Shown one piece after another: positions 29,053 to 38,557 of a stretch of 64,000 bases of DNA. The stretch is from an uncultured Johnsonella sp. (GTDB lineage: Bacteria > Bacillota > Clostridia > Lachnospirales > Lachnospiraceae). Every line of letters starts with the position of its first letter. The stretch's first letter is position 1. Below the pieces are notes generated by a model. It was given only the letters and a program-made list of their open reading frames with translations. It did no database searches and had not been told where the DNA came from. The stretch covers positions 11,017-75,016 of the forward strand of contig CALBCM010000035.1 of the NCBI GenBank assembly GCA_937927235.1, read 5' to 3'. The position numbers and the translations under genes were made by a program.

Positions 29053-30375
29053 CTATGAAAGCTTAAGCTTAACTCGTAAAATTCTTCTGATAGATTCATC
29101 TAAGCGTTCTTCAGATAATTTTCCTGTTTGAAAATCTGATAAGAGTGACTGGTAGGCTGAACGAAAATCACCTGCTATCAGAAACATGTCTACCCCTGCA
29201 TTGAAGGCCATTTGAACCGCCTTTTCCGTACTGTAATGCTTATGAATTGCGCCCATGTCCAATGCATCGGTAATAATGATTCCCTGGTAGCCGTATTCAA
29301 CTCTTAATATATCGGTAACTATTTTTTTCGATAAGGAAGCCGGCGTATCATCTCCGAGAACATTAGGCAAGGAAATATGCGAAATCATTATCATGGCAGC
29401 TTGCCTTTTTGCAGCTTCCTTAAAAGGAAAAAGCTCTACATTTTCTAATTCCTCTAAAGTTTTATAGGAAAAGGCATAGTCTTTATGGCTGTCTTCCAGT
29501 GTTCCGCCATGACCGGGAAAATGCTTGTAGCAGCCAAGCACTCCCTGCTCATTTAAACCGTCTTCGTAGGCTTTTGCCATATTTGAAACCAGTGAGGGCT
29601 CTGAACCGAAGGAGCGGCTTCCGATTATCCGGTTTTTTGGCTCTGTAAGTACGTCGGCATCCGGTGCAAAATTCAGATTAAAACCATAATCCTGCAAATA
29701 ATTTCCGATAGTTGAGCCTGCCTGCTTTGCTTCTGATAAATCATTTGTTTTTCCTATATCCCTCATAGAAGGAGTTTTTGGAATTCCAAATCCGCTCGTT
29801 CCCTGTAATCTTGCAACTTCTCCTCCTTCTTCATCAGTGGATAGAAATATCGGAAATCCGCTGGTATCCAAGGCTATCTTCTGCATGTTCTCAAGCATTG
29901 ACCTGGTCTGCTCCGGAGTTTCCAGATTCTGAGAAAAATATATCAGCCCTCCTACCGGATATTTTTTAAAGGACTTTCTGCTTTGCTCTCCTGCCTGTAT
30001 TACTTTTGAATAGCCTGTTAAAGATTCAGGTGTTACAAAAAACAACTGTGCGACCTTAGCTTCAAGACTCATACTTGCCAGCTGCTTTTCTATTTGCAGA
30101 GATAGTTTATCATCGAGGCTTGCTGTGGCATCAGCAGCGGAAGCCGGTGCAGTTTCGTGTTGAGAGGCAGCCTCATTTTTAAATGATGTTGTTTCTATAA
30201 GTGCCGCTGTTTCACTTGGATCGTGCTTTTGCTCTAAACGCGCTTCCGGTTTAGAAGAAAGACTGACAGACTTACTTTCATCTATATTCTGCTTAGGGGT
30301 ACAGGAGGAGCAGCTGAGGATTAGCAACAGTAATATATTGGATAAGCAAACAATTAATTTATTTTTAATTTTCAT
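29053..30375 (-). CDS. nagZ: GH3 beta-N-acetylhexosaminidase (NagZ-like) lipoprotein
   Basis: DEEGG.VAR, NFAP.ADV, RSFG, KHFPGHG..EDSH, ITDALDMGA; lipoprotein-like signal with Cys. Confidence 0.85.
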   Translation of the reverse strand: MKIKNKLIVCLSNILLLLILSCSSCTPKQNIDESKSVSLSSKPEARLEQKHDPSETAALIETTSFKNEAASQHETAPASAADATASLDDKLSLQIEKQLASMSLEAKVAQLFFVTPESLTGYSKVIQAGEQSRKSFKKYPVGGLIYFSQNLETPEQTRSMLENMQKIALDTSGFPIFLSTDEEGGEVARLQGTSGFGIPKTPSMRDIGKTNDLSEAKQAGSTIGNYLQDYGFNLNFAPDADVLTEPKNRIIGSRSFGSEPSLVSNMAKAYEDGLNEQGVLGCYKHFPGHGGTLEDSHKDYAFSYKTLEELENVELFPFKEAAKRQAAMIMISHISLPNVLGDDTPASLSKKIVTDILRVEYGYQGIIITDALDMGAIHKHYSTEKAVQMAFNAGVDMFLIAGDFRSAYQSLLSDFQTGKLSEERLDESIRRILRVKLKLS

Positions 30376-32056
30376 ATTCTATAACGTATCCTGTTTTTCC
30401 TAAAAAATAGGTGAACTTAGGGTCATGTGCAGGGTCATTCCTTTCGTCATTCCATGACCAGTTACCTTCTACATTCCATAGCATTAGATATTTTTCTTCA
30501 GTTCCATCTCTGTCATTTCTTGACGGCTCTCCGGGATACCAGGCAGAATACTGATTGAAATCCTCTCCGGTAATCCAATGTCCGTAGCAATATCCGTTTG
30601 TTATCATGGTATAGCCTCCAATCCATACATATTTAAGCCCTGCTCCTTGAGCTATATTAATGATATCATTCATTTCCTGCTGTGAAGTGATAGTGACCAG
30701 ATGCCCGCCTTGCTGAATAGCATTTGTATTTGCGTCCATCCAGGATATATCGTTTTTTACAGCCTCATAGCGGTTGTTATGCTGGGCATGCTGAATGACT
30801 TTGCTTGGAGTAAAGCTGCTTTCGTTTTGTACGCCATAATTATCATCCAAAATAATACATGAGGCGGTTCTTTGTGTGTAAGCATCTACATTTGTATCTG
30901 TGACATATTCCAGGCAGTATAAATCTTTTTGCTCTGTATAAATACTTTGAAGAATCTGCGACATATCATAAAGGTCGTTAATATTCCAATAACGTCCGCC
31001 CGTGCGGTTTGCAATATCGGTGAGTCCGTAGCTGTCTGCATCTCCTGCACCTATAATATAAAGCGGAACAGAGGAAGAAACGGCATAATTTATCACCTCC
31101 TGAGCATTGTGCAGGCTGGCATTGTCCTGCCCGTCAGTAAAGACAATAACACATTTTGCTCCGGCCTGCCCGGAGGCGTTTCTAATCCCCTCAATACAGG
31201 CATCATAAAGAGCTGTATCGCCATAAGCGGATAAACTTGAAATACCGTTGTTTAAAAGGCTGGTATTTTTTGTGTAGGAGCACATATACATTACATTGCC
31301 TTCAAAAGCCAATAATTCAGCCTGGTCTCCATTTTGGTAATCCAAGCTACTGATAAACTGACTCATGACATTTTGGACTTTAGGCATGTCCGTACCCATT
31401 GAGCCGGATTTATCCGCTATAATATCAATACTAAGCCCTTGATTTCCCTTCAGCTTTTCAATGCGTTTTACTTCTCTTTCTATATAAGCTCCGCCCGCTA
31501 CAGATTCACGAATTGCTGCAGAGGGAGAGTTTAAAATAATAGAGTTTCCGTTCGCATCTATCAGCTGATAATAAATTTTTATCAAAGGATATTCAGATAC
31601 GTCGGAAGAAATATACTTCATATTTACAGCCGGATAAGACTTAGCTTTGGACTGCATCCGAGTTTGAAGCCTGTCAAATTCGGATTTAGAATCGGCGACT
31701 TCAGAAAATTTAGCTATAACTGATTTTTCAGCACTTACAACCTCGTTATCTGTCTTATTGGATTTAATTTTATCTTTACTTTTTTCAGCTGCAGTTGAAT
31801 TTTCATCCTTTTTCGCTGATTTTAAACCAGAGCTTGACAAAACCTGTAATAGGCAGAAGGTAACTATTCCCAGAGAGATTGCCAGTAGCACAGCTAAAGC
31901 AGCTGCAAAAGTTTTATTGCGCTCCAATTCAAATATTATTTTTGAAAAAAATCCGGTATTGCTATCGGCTTCGGGCTGAGACACCGGTTCACCGCATATA
32001 TCACAGAAGCTTGCATTTTCATCAAGCAGATTACCGCAATGCTTACAAAAATTCAT
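30365..32056 (-). CDS. Zinc-ribbon / TM / vWA / C-type lectin domain protein
   Basis: FCKHCG..FCDICG, TM helix, MIDAS DKSGSM..TALYDA..FTDG, CTLD SW..A...GGHLVTI...WIGG...GEPS...WND. Confidence 0.85.
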   Translation of the reverse strand: MNFCKHCGNLLDENASFCDICGEPVSQPEADSNTGFFSKIIFELERNKTFAAALAVLLAISLGIVTFCLLQVLSSSGLKSAKKDENSTAAEKSKDKIKSNKTDNEVVSAEKSVIAKFSEVADSKSEFDRLQTRMQSKAKSYPAVNMKYISSDVSEYPLIKIYYQLIDANGNSIILNSPSAAIRESVAGGAYIEREVKRIEKLKGNQGLSIDIIADKSGSMGTDMPKVQNVMSQFISSLDYQNGDQAELLAFEGNVMYMCSYTKNTSLLNNGISSLSAYGDTALYDACIEGIRNASGQAGAKCVIVFTDGQDNASLHNAQEVINYAVSSSVPLYIIGAGDADSYGLTDIANRTGGRYWNINDLYDMSQILQSIYTEQKDLYCLEYVTDTNVDAYTQRTASCIILDDNYGVQNESSFTPSKVIQHAQHNNRYEAVKNDISWMDANTNAIQQGGHLVTITSQQEMNDIINIAQGAGLKYVWIGGYTMITNGYCYGHWITGEDFNQYSAWYPGEPSRNDRDGTEEKYLMLWNVEGNWSWNDERNDPAHDPKFTYFLGKTGYVIEYEN

Positions 32057-32114
32057 AGTATTCCCCCCTAAATCGCTGAATTTCTTCTATGCAGAACTGT
32101 TAAAAATGTTTTAT

Positions 32115-33299
32115 TTAATTTACCTGATATAAATCAAGCAGCAGGGCAGGACAAATACTTTTATTTTCCTGCCAAATGCTCGAAAGCTGAGCAGGGTCTA
32201 CCGGATTTGCACCATGTCCGCATTCTATTGTAAGACTGGGGATTTTCATTTTTGAAATTGCCCAATCCTTATAGCCGGCAGGGTCCAGATTTTGGTAGTT
32301 TGAGTCGAGCCTATAGCCGGTTAAGGACTGTACAATCTCCGCAATATGCCGACTTCGTGCCTTTAATTCTCCCTCCTGCTTATAATACCAGTAAATTACC
32401 TCTCCCTGAGTGTGATAGCTTACGGTTTCGGTAAATTTAAGCCTTCTGGTAAGGTCGGCAAGTGCTCTTGATTCTATCTCAGCCTCTGCTGCACTGCCCT
32501 TATAGTGATCTGCTGAGGGATGCCCTACCTTATCATTATAGCTTTCCCAGTCGGCATCAAAATTGCGGTTTAAATCTACACCCTGAGAATTTGATTTCCA
32601 CTGTTGAAGATAAGCTCCCATGTCTGCTGCTTTTTGACTCTCCAATGAATATATACTCTGAACTTTCTGCTTATTTTCAGGCTTTTGAATCCCGTTCATT
32701 CCCAGCTGAGAAATACTTACTCCGTCAGGATTGACCATAGGCGCAAAGTAAACACGGGTTGTGCTCAAAAGCTCAGCAACCTCAATCCCCTGGTAGCTTT
32801 CATGCTCCTTTGCTTTTTGCAAAAGGTCATGGAGCTGCATCATACAAAGCTGGGAGGTAATATATTCTCTGGCATGAATACCTGCATTAATCATCAGGCT
32901 TTTTGGAGAATCTGCCGAGCCTAATGTAACCAGATAGAGATTGCGCCCGTCAGCAGTTACAGCGATGCTTTGAAGCTGCATCAGCTCGGGATAAACGGAA
33001 TTAAGCGTTGTCAGGTCTGCTTCCATATCCTGATAGGTATAAAGCTCACGTGTATTAAAAAGATAATTGACGCTTGCCTCCGGCACAGGAGTGCTTAAAG
33101 CCGGCTGAGAAGCAGACTCGGCTTCAATCTTGGAGCTTTGATTTACTGCGGCAGCATCGTTTGGTACCAGATTGGTATTGATTTCTTCTTCAGCCGGAGG
33201 AGCTGCTGCAATCGTAGCTTTTTCCTTTTCAGCTTTTCGGCAGGCAGCAAAAGAAATCAGTAATATAGCCGTGACAGCCAGAATCAGTATTTTTTTCAT
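32115..33299 (-). CDS. M14 Zn peptidase lipoprotein (gamma-D-Glu-mDAP peptidase-like)
   Basis: Lipobox FAAC, GIHAREY, NPDG, WKSN..GVDLNRNF, SYHTQG, GYKDW, TIE. Confidence 0.87.
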   Translation of the reverse strand: MKKILILAVTAILLISFAACRKAEKEKATIAAAPPAEEEINTNLVPNDAAAVNQSSKIEAESASQPALSTPVPEASVNYLFNTRELYTYQDMEADLTTLNSVYPELMQLQSIAVTADGRNLYLVTLGSADSPKSLMINAGIHAREYITSQLCMMQLHDLLQKAKEHESYQGIEVAELLSTTRVYFAPMVNPDGVSISQLGMNGIQKPENKQKVQSIYSLESQKAADMGAYLQQWKSNSQGVDLNRNFDADWESYNDKVGHPSADHYKGSAAEAEIESRALADLTRRLKFTETVSYHTQGEVIYWYYKQEGELKARSRHIAEIVQSLTGYRLDSNYQNLDPAGYKDWAISKMKIPSLTIECGHGANPVDPAQLSSIWQENKSICPALLLDLYQVN

Positions 33300-33320
33300 T
33301 TTAAACCTCAGCTTGTCGCC

Positions 33321-34595
33321 TTATCTTAAGTAATAGGCTAGAGCATACCCCTCCCATTCATTATAGTAAACTTGGTAGAATCCGTTTTCAGCTGTTGACA
33401 CATAGGTAACCGCCGCACCTAAGGGAATTTTGCAGACTTCAGCAGCATTGGTAGACGGTGCCGCACGCAGAGTAATCCATTCCTTACAGTTTACTACATA
33501 TAATGTTTCAGGATAATACTGCTCGTAGTTTGAGTAAACACCTGGGTCGGCTTCGGAAAGATAGGAAGCTAAAGCATAACCAGTGCTGCCTAAATAAACC
33601 ACCTTATAAAAACCGTTGTCTGCGGATTCCAAATAGGATACCGGCTCTCCCAGAGGAATCTGCCGAATTGCAGAAGCCTTTGTTGAGGGACTGGTACGAA
33701 GCGTGATGCTCTCACTGCAATTAACTACATACATAGTTTTAGTATAGGAGGGCGACGAGTATGAGTAAGCAGGTGAACCTCCGGAGTTGGTTTCGGAAAG
33801 ATAAGAGGCTAAGGCATAGCCGGTATCGTTGAGGTAGGTTATCTTATAAAAACCGTTTTCAGCTGTTCCAATATAGGATACCGGTGAACCGAGAGGAATC
33901 TGGCGGATTGCGGCAGCCTTAGTTGAAGGGCTGCTGCGGAGCGTAATGTTTTTGCTGCAATTTACCACATACATGGTTTTATAATTTGCAGGCTGAGGCT
34001 GCTGCGGAGCTGCGGGTTGAGGCTGCTGCAAAGTCGCAGGCTCTGTCTGCATTGCGGCAGAAGTTTCAGCTTCAGTTTCAGGAGCGGTAGAGGAAGGTGG
34101 CAAAGCTTCACTGGAATCTTCAGCTTCGGTAAATTCCTCCGAGTCCCTGGCAGCACGGCTTTTTTTAGGCTTTTTGTCGGCTTTTTCACTTTCTGCCTCT
34201 GTATTTAACGGACTGTCCTCCTGCTTTGAAGCAATGCCCGGCAAAAAATGAACTGCACTGAAAGCAACTGCCCCTATGAGAACAATGGACAGTATTATTA
34301 AAGCAGCTGCAAATAATTTATTATTTTCAAATTTAGAAATAATTTTGGCAAAAAATCCGGTATCCTCCTCCGAGTCAAACTGATATTGAGAATTTTGAAA
34401 AAAGGTTTCATTATCTGCAGTTTCAGGAGCTGCATTAAAATCGTTATTAAAATAATTATTGCTCTGTTCTGCGGGAATATCCGCATTATTTCTGTAGTCT
34501 GACTGCGGGCTGCTGTCCCTTGCTGGCGTTCCGCATACATCACAGAAATTTGCATTTTCACTAAGCCGATTTCCACAATTCTTGCAAAAACTCAT
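33321..34595 (-). CDS. Zinc-ribbon / TM / low-complexity linker / 3x SH3b membrane protein
   Basis: FCKNCG..FCDVCG, TM helix, three repeats YVVNC...ITLR..PST.A..I..IPLG..V.Y...AENGFY...Y....GYALA.YL. Confidence 0.87.
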   Translation of the reverse strand: MSFCKNCGNRLSENANFCDVCGTPARDSSPQSDYRNNADIPAEQSNNYFNNDFNAAPETADNETFFQNSQYQFDSEEDTGFFAKIISKFENNKLFAAALIILSIVLIGAVAFSAVHFLPGIASKQEDSPLNTEAESEKADKKPKKSRAARDSEEFTEAEDSSEALPPSSTAPETEAETSAAMQTEPATLQQPQPAAPQQPQPANYKTMYVVNCSKNITLRSSPSTKAAAIRQIPLGSPVSYIGTAENGFYKITYLNDTGYALASYLSETNSGGSPAYSYSSPSYTKTMYVVNCSESITLRTSPSTKASAIRQIPLGEPVSYLESADNGFYKVVYLGSTGYALASYLSEADPGVYSNYEQYYPETLYVVNCKEWITLRAAPSTNAAEVCKIPLGAAVTYVSTAENGFYQVYYNEWEGYALAYYLR

Positions 34596-34638
34596 ATTTT
34601 CCCCCTTGACTTATGCATGATATAATAATCTGTCTGTT

Positions 34639-35094
34639 TTACTCCATGAGCTCAGTAGTCCAGTTCAATTCCTGTATGCTTTCATCAGTCTGCCTGAGTT
34701 CTTTGGAAATTTTATCAACCTCCTTTTGAAGCTTGGCTACTGAAACTGTGGGCTGTATTTTAATTTCTTTGGGTGAATAGCGGTCTACAATATCACTTGC
34801 ATTATTAAGAAATTGGCGCATTATGCGAAGCCGCTCTTTCAAACAATCCCTGTGTGCAAGCTGCTCAGTGATTGAAATGCCGTTTACTGTTGTTTTGCTA
34901 TTCGTAAGATTTATTTTTTTTATAAGCTCTTCGAGCCTTGTCAGTATGATATTAAGTTCATCAAAAAGGGCTTCAGGCTGCTCAGCCGGAGCTTCACCCT
35001 CCTGAACCTTGGAATTGTTGTTAAGACGTATTTGAAGCTCGGAAAGGCGGCTTTGAAGGTCGCCTCTTTCTGAAAGTGCATTTGCAAGTTTCAT
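34639..35094 (-). CDS. DIP1984-family (septicolysin-like) coiled-coil protein
   Basis: MKLA.AL.ER.DLQ, N.KVQEGE.PAE.P, IN.TN, RYS..EIK, IQE.NWTTEL. Confidence 0.88.
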   Translation of the reverse strand: MKLANALSERGDLQSRLSELQIRLNNNSKVQEGEAPAEQPEALFDELNIILTRLEELIKKINLTNSKTTVNGISITEQLAHRDCLKERLRIMRQFLNNASDIVDRYSPKEIKIQPTVSVAKLQKEVDKISKELRQTDESIQELNWTTELME

Positions 35095-35172
35095 AAATAA
35101 AATCCTTTCGGCGAGGCTTCTCTGGGCTGGTAAAAGGCAGCGAGAGGAGCCCTTTAATAATTAAATAGCTTG

Positions 35173-36027
35173 TTACCTAGTAAGGTGCTGTATAAACTTA
35201 GCTTTAAGCTGCTTTTGAAGCTTGGAATCAAGACCTGTAGTAGTGAAGGCTTTAAGCACCTCTCCAAGCTCATCCCAGCTTTCCTTTTCCTTGCCTACAA
35301 GCACCGGAAAGAAAAACACTCCATTTGCCTCTGCAGCTGACATATCTCCGGGGGCATCGCCTATCATTAAAACCTTGCTCTTGTCATAGCCGAATTCCAT
35401 AAGCTTTTTGATGCAGTCAGATTTGGTGCCTGCATCCTGAGCTAGCAGTATGTCAACCACATCAAGCAGACCGTGCTTTGTCCATTCCTTATGTACGGCA
35501 TCAGGATTTGCGGAGGAAACTATAGCGATATTTGCCAAAGCCTTTGCGGGCAGAAGTATATCATGCACTCCCTCAAAAGGGAGAAGCTCGTCTTCATCAA
35601 GCTCATGGATTGACTGATTAACCATTTTTGACCAGTTAAAAGCTTTTTTTAGACAGAGACTGCCGGTTTTTTCGATTTCTGCATTGAGTGTATTAAAGGA
35701 AAATTCCTTAGTATTTGAAACCCAGTTCCTTAAATCTTCAAGTCCCTCAACCTTGATATATTTATCATTTATTTCATTTAAAATAATTTCAAGCCCTTTA
35801 TAGCGGTTTATTCCTCTATCCATAGAGTAGAGATTAATTTCATTCCATCTTTCAAGCATCTCATCCCTATATTTTTCAAGCCCCCACTCTTCAACAAAGC
35901 ATGGACCGAAGCATTTTTTATGCTTTATATCCATAGTATCCATGACACAGCCGTCTGAATCTACACAGAGCAGGAAGTCCTTTGTTTTTTTAAATTCGGA
36001 AAATGCATTTGAAGTTTTTTTGTCCAT
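35173..36027 (-). CDS. HAD-family hydrolase
   Basis: CVDSDGC motif I, VSSA, K, MIGDAPGD. Confidence 0.85.
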   Translation of the reverse strand: MDKKTSNAFSEFKKTKDFLLCVDSDGCVMDTMDIKHKKCFGPCFVEEWGLEKYRDEMLERWNEINLYSMDRGINRYKGLEIILNEINDKYIKVEGLEDLRNWVSNTKEFSFNTLNAEIEKTGSLCLKKAFNWSKMVNQSIHELDEDELLPFEGVHDILLPAKALANIAIVSSANPDAVHKEWTKHGLLDVVDILLAQDAGTKSDCIKKLMEFGYDKSKVLMIGDAPGDMSAAEANGVFFFPVLVGKEKESWDELGEVLKAFTTTGLDSKLQKQLKAKFIQHLTR

Positions 36028-36136
36028 TGAATTTACCCCTTTATATTTAGTGATGATGCCGGAAAGACCGGCATATTATATAACCAGTGCATATCAATAA
36101 AATATTAATATAGTCACAGTGCCAATCAGCTATGAA

Positions 36137-37192
36137 TTACAGGTATTTTGACATTTCTTCAGCCTTTGGGAAAAGACCGAAAAGCCCTCCTGTATGTATA
36201 AAAAGAATATTATCGTATTTTGAAAAATCTGCGTGAAAACCGGAATCCTCTGCTTTTGAAGCCTTGCTTTCAGAATACTTTATTTCGCTGAGCATGCCTT
36301 TAAAGGCTTTGCCGGTATATACGGAATCAACAAATATTCCTTCCTGTCTGGCGAGGTGTTTAATGACTTCAAAATCTTCGGCACAGTTAAGTCCGTAGCC
36401 CGCTCCCCTGTATAAATCTATTATCTTCAGGTCTTCTTTTTTTACTCCAAGACTTTCAGGAGTATGAGTGCATTCATTATTTGAAAGGTATTTACAGCAC
36501 TCTATTATATTTTCGTAGCTTATATTTTGAAAATACTCCCTGTCTTCGCTTACGCTGAAGCCTACTATATCATAACCTGCATTATAGGTGATACTGCCGA
36601 GTACAAGACCTGCAAAGGTGCCTGTGGAGCCTACAGTATCTATAATTGCATCGAAATGTATGCCAAGCTCCTTTTCCTGCATAAAAATTTCTTTAACCGC
36701 TTCTATATAGCCGAACATACCTATGGCATTTGAAGCTCCCATAGGAATTATATACGCCTTTCTGTTTTGAGCAGCAAGCTCTCCGGCTATGTCCTGCATG
36801 ATTTGATTAACATCTTTATAGCTTTCAGGGCTTATAAGGCGTATGTCGGCACCAAGTATCCTGTCAAGCAGGTAATTTCCTGCAGGGGGCTGCTTTTCTC
36901 CGTCCTTAAGCACGAGAACCGACTTCAGTCCAAGCTTTGCAGCGGCAGCGGCGGTGGCTCTGCAGTGGTTTGACTGGAGGGCGCCGCAGGTTATAAGTGT
37001 ATCTGCTCCCTGCTCCAGAGCCTCCGCTATGGAATATTCGAGCTTACGTACCTTATTTCCCGATAATTCCATACCTGTGAGGTCATCTCGCTTGATGTAA
37101 ATATTTTTATGATATTCTGCTGAAATTTTTTCAAGCTTTTCAATTTTTGTAGGAAGACAGGCTAAATTAATTTTAGGTGGTATAGTATACAT
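36137..37192 (-). CDS. D-cysteine desulfhydrase / ACC deaminase family PLP enzyme
   Basis: IKRDDLTG...GNKVRKLEY, QSNHCR, GS.GT.AG, D.VYTGKA, IHTGG. Confidence 0.9.
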   Translation of the reverse strand: MYTIPPKINLACLPTKIEKLEKISAEYHKNIYIKRDDLTGMELSGNKVRKLEYSIAEALEQGADTLITCGALQSNHCRATAAAAAKLGLKSVLVLKDGEKQPPAGNYLLDRILGADIRLISPESYKDVNQIMQDIAGELAAQNRKAYIIPMGASNAIGMFGYIEAVKEIFMQEKELGIHFDAIIDTVGSTGTFAGLVLGSITYNAGYDIVGFSVSEDREYFQNISYENIIECCKYLSNNECTHTPESLGVKKEDLKIIDLYRGAGYGLNCAEDFEVIKHLARQEGIFVDSVYTGKAFKGMLSEIKYSESKASKAEDSGFHADFSKYDNILFIHTGGLFGLFPKAEEMSKYL

Positions 37193-37386
37193 TGTGAAAT
37201 AAAAGTCCTTTCCGCTATTTTTTTTAGACAAAATATATTATATCAGAAAAAAATAAAAAATAAAACATTGACTGCCGACAATTTTCTATATAGTATAAAT
37301 AAAAACAGAGGGATTTTATAAAGAGGATAGTTTTGTAATCATTATAGTTATCGTTTTATATTTATTATTAAATGAGGAGATTTAAA

Positions 37387-38529
37387 ATGAGCAATATAAT
37401 TGATTATATGAAGTGGCGCGGGGATTTAAAATTTACCAATGATGCTTTTAATGAGGTTGATAATGTGATACTTGCAGAATTATCATATATAGATTTTGCA
37501 GGTATAGTACCTTCAAGAGGAAAGGGAGGAATCAAGCTTAAAGAAGCTGCAAAAATCTTTCTGCGCTCATTTAAGAAAAAAGAAATTGAAAAAAGAGGCG
37601 TTTACCTGCTGACCCCGGTTGAAATACTGAGAAACGCCCGTAAATGCCGCAGATTTTCAGAGATTATGCTCTATAACTATGTGGAAGAAATAAGCAGCGA
37701 TAAAAATACACAGTTCAGCGCAATTTCAATGGAGCTTGATGACGGAAGTCTTTATATATCCTACAGCGGCACTGACAGCACTATAGCAGGCTGGAGAGAA
37801 AATTTTGCTATGAGCTTTACCGAGAGCATTCCGGCACAGCAAAAGGCGGTAGATTATATCAATGAAGTCGCTGAGGAAAAAGATGGAGTGCTGCGTGTAG
37901 GCGGTCATTCAAAGGGAGGAAACCTTGCAATTTATGCTGCGATTTATTGTGAAGCCAAGATTAAAAAAAGAATTAAAGAGATTTTTAACAATGACGGACC
38001 GGGATTTACAAGGAAGTCGGTTCCAAAAGAGGATTATGAAACTGTGGCTGATAAGGTAAAGACTTTAATACCTGCCGATTCAATAGTCGGGCTGCTGCTT
38101 GAGCATGAGGAAACCGCCATAGTGGTAGAAAGCACAAGCAGCGGAGTGGCTCAGCATGATGCAGGAAACTGGCAGCTTGAAAGAACTAAATTTGTAAGGG
38201 CTAAGGAGCTCAGCAGTGCAGCCACCCTGCTTAATAAAGCTATCGTAAACTGGCTGGCAAGACTTAATCCTGATGAAAAAAGAGAGTTTATAAATACTGT
38301 TTTTGATATTTTACAGGATAATAATATCAAGAGTACAAGAGATTTTATGAATATATCGCCTGAGGCACTTTTTAATATACTTAAAGAATGGAATCGTGCA
38401 AATTCTCAAAAGGAAGACATAATAGGAAAAACTATGAAGCTGTTTTGGGAGGAGAGCGGAAATGCACTTAAAGAGGAGATAGGAAAATTTATAGACAAAA
38501 CCTTGCCCAGAAAAAAACGCAGCAAATAA
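37387..38529 (+). CDS. DUF2974 / Mbeg1-like alpha/beta hydrolase
   Basis: DYMKWRGD, FNEVD, QFSA, GTD....GW.E.F, GHSKGGNLA, DGPGF. Confidence 0.88.
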   Translation: MSNIIDYMKWRGDLKFTNDAFNEVDNVILAELSYIDFAGIVPSRGKGGIKLKEAAKIFLRSFKKKEIEKRGVYLLTPVEILRNARKCRRFSEIMLYNYVEEISSDKNTQFSAISMELDDGSLYISYSGTDSTIAGWRENFAMSFTESIPAQQKAVDYINEVAEEKDGVLRVGGHSKGGNLAIYAAIYCEAKIKKRIKEIFNNDGPGFTRKSVPKEDYETVADKVKTLIPADSIVGLLLEHEETAIVVESTSSGVAQHDAGNWQLERTKFVRAKELSSAATLLNKAIVNWLARLNPDEKREFINTVFDILQDNNIKSTRDFMNISPEALFNILKEWNRANSQKEDIIGKTMKLFWEESGNALKEEIGKFIDKTLPRKKRSK

Positions 38530-38557
38530 AACATGTTTTAAGGAAGAAATTAAATAA

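Noticed and set aside
33330..33975. Periodic repeats considered as a CRISPR array
   Set aside because: They are degenerate coding repeats of SH3 domains, not identical repeats with unique spacers, and no cas genes are present
35115..35152. GC-rich hairpin between the HAD and DIP1984 genes
   Set aside because: Simple stem-loop without a U tract or motif; insufficient evidence for a call
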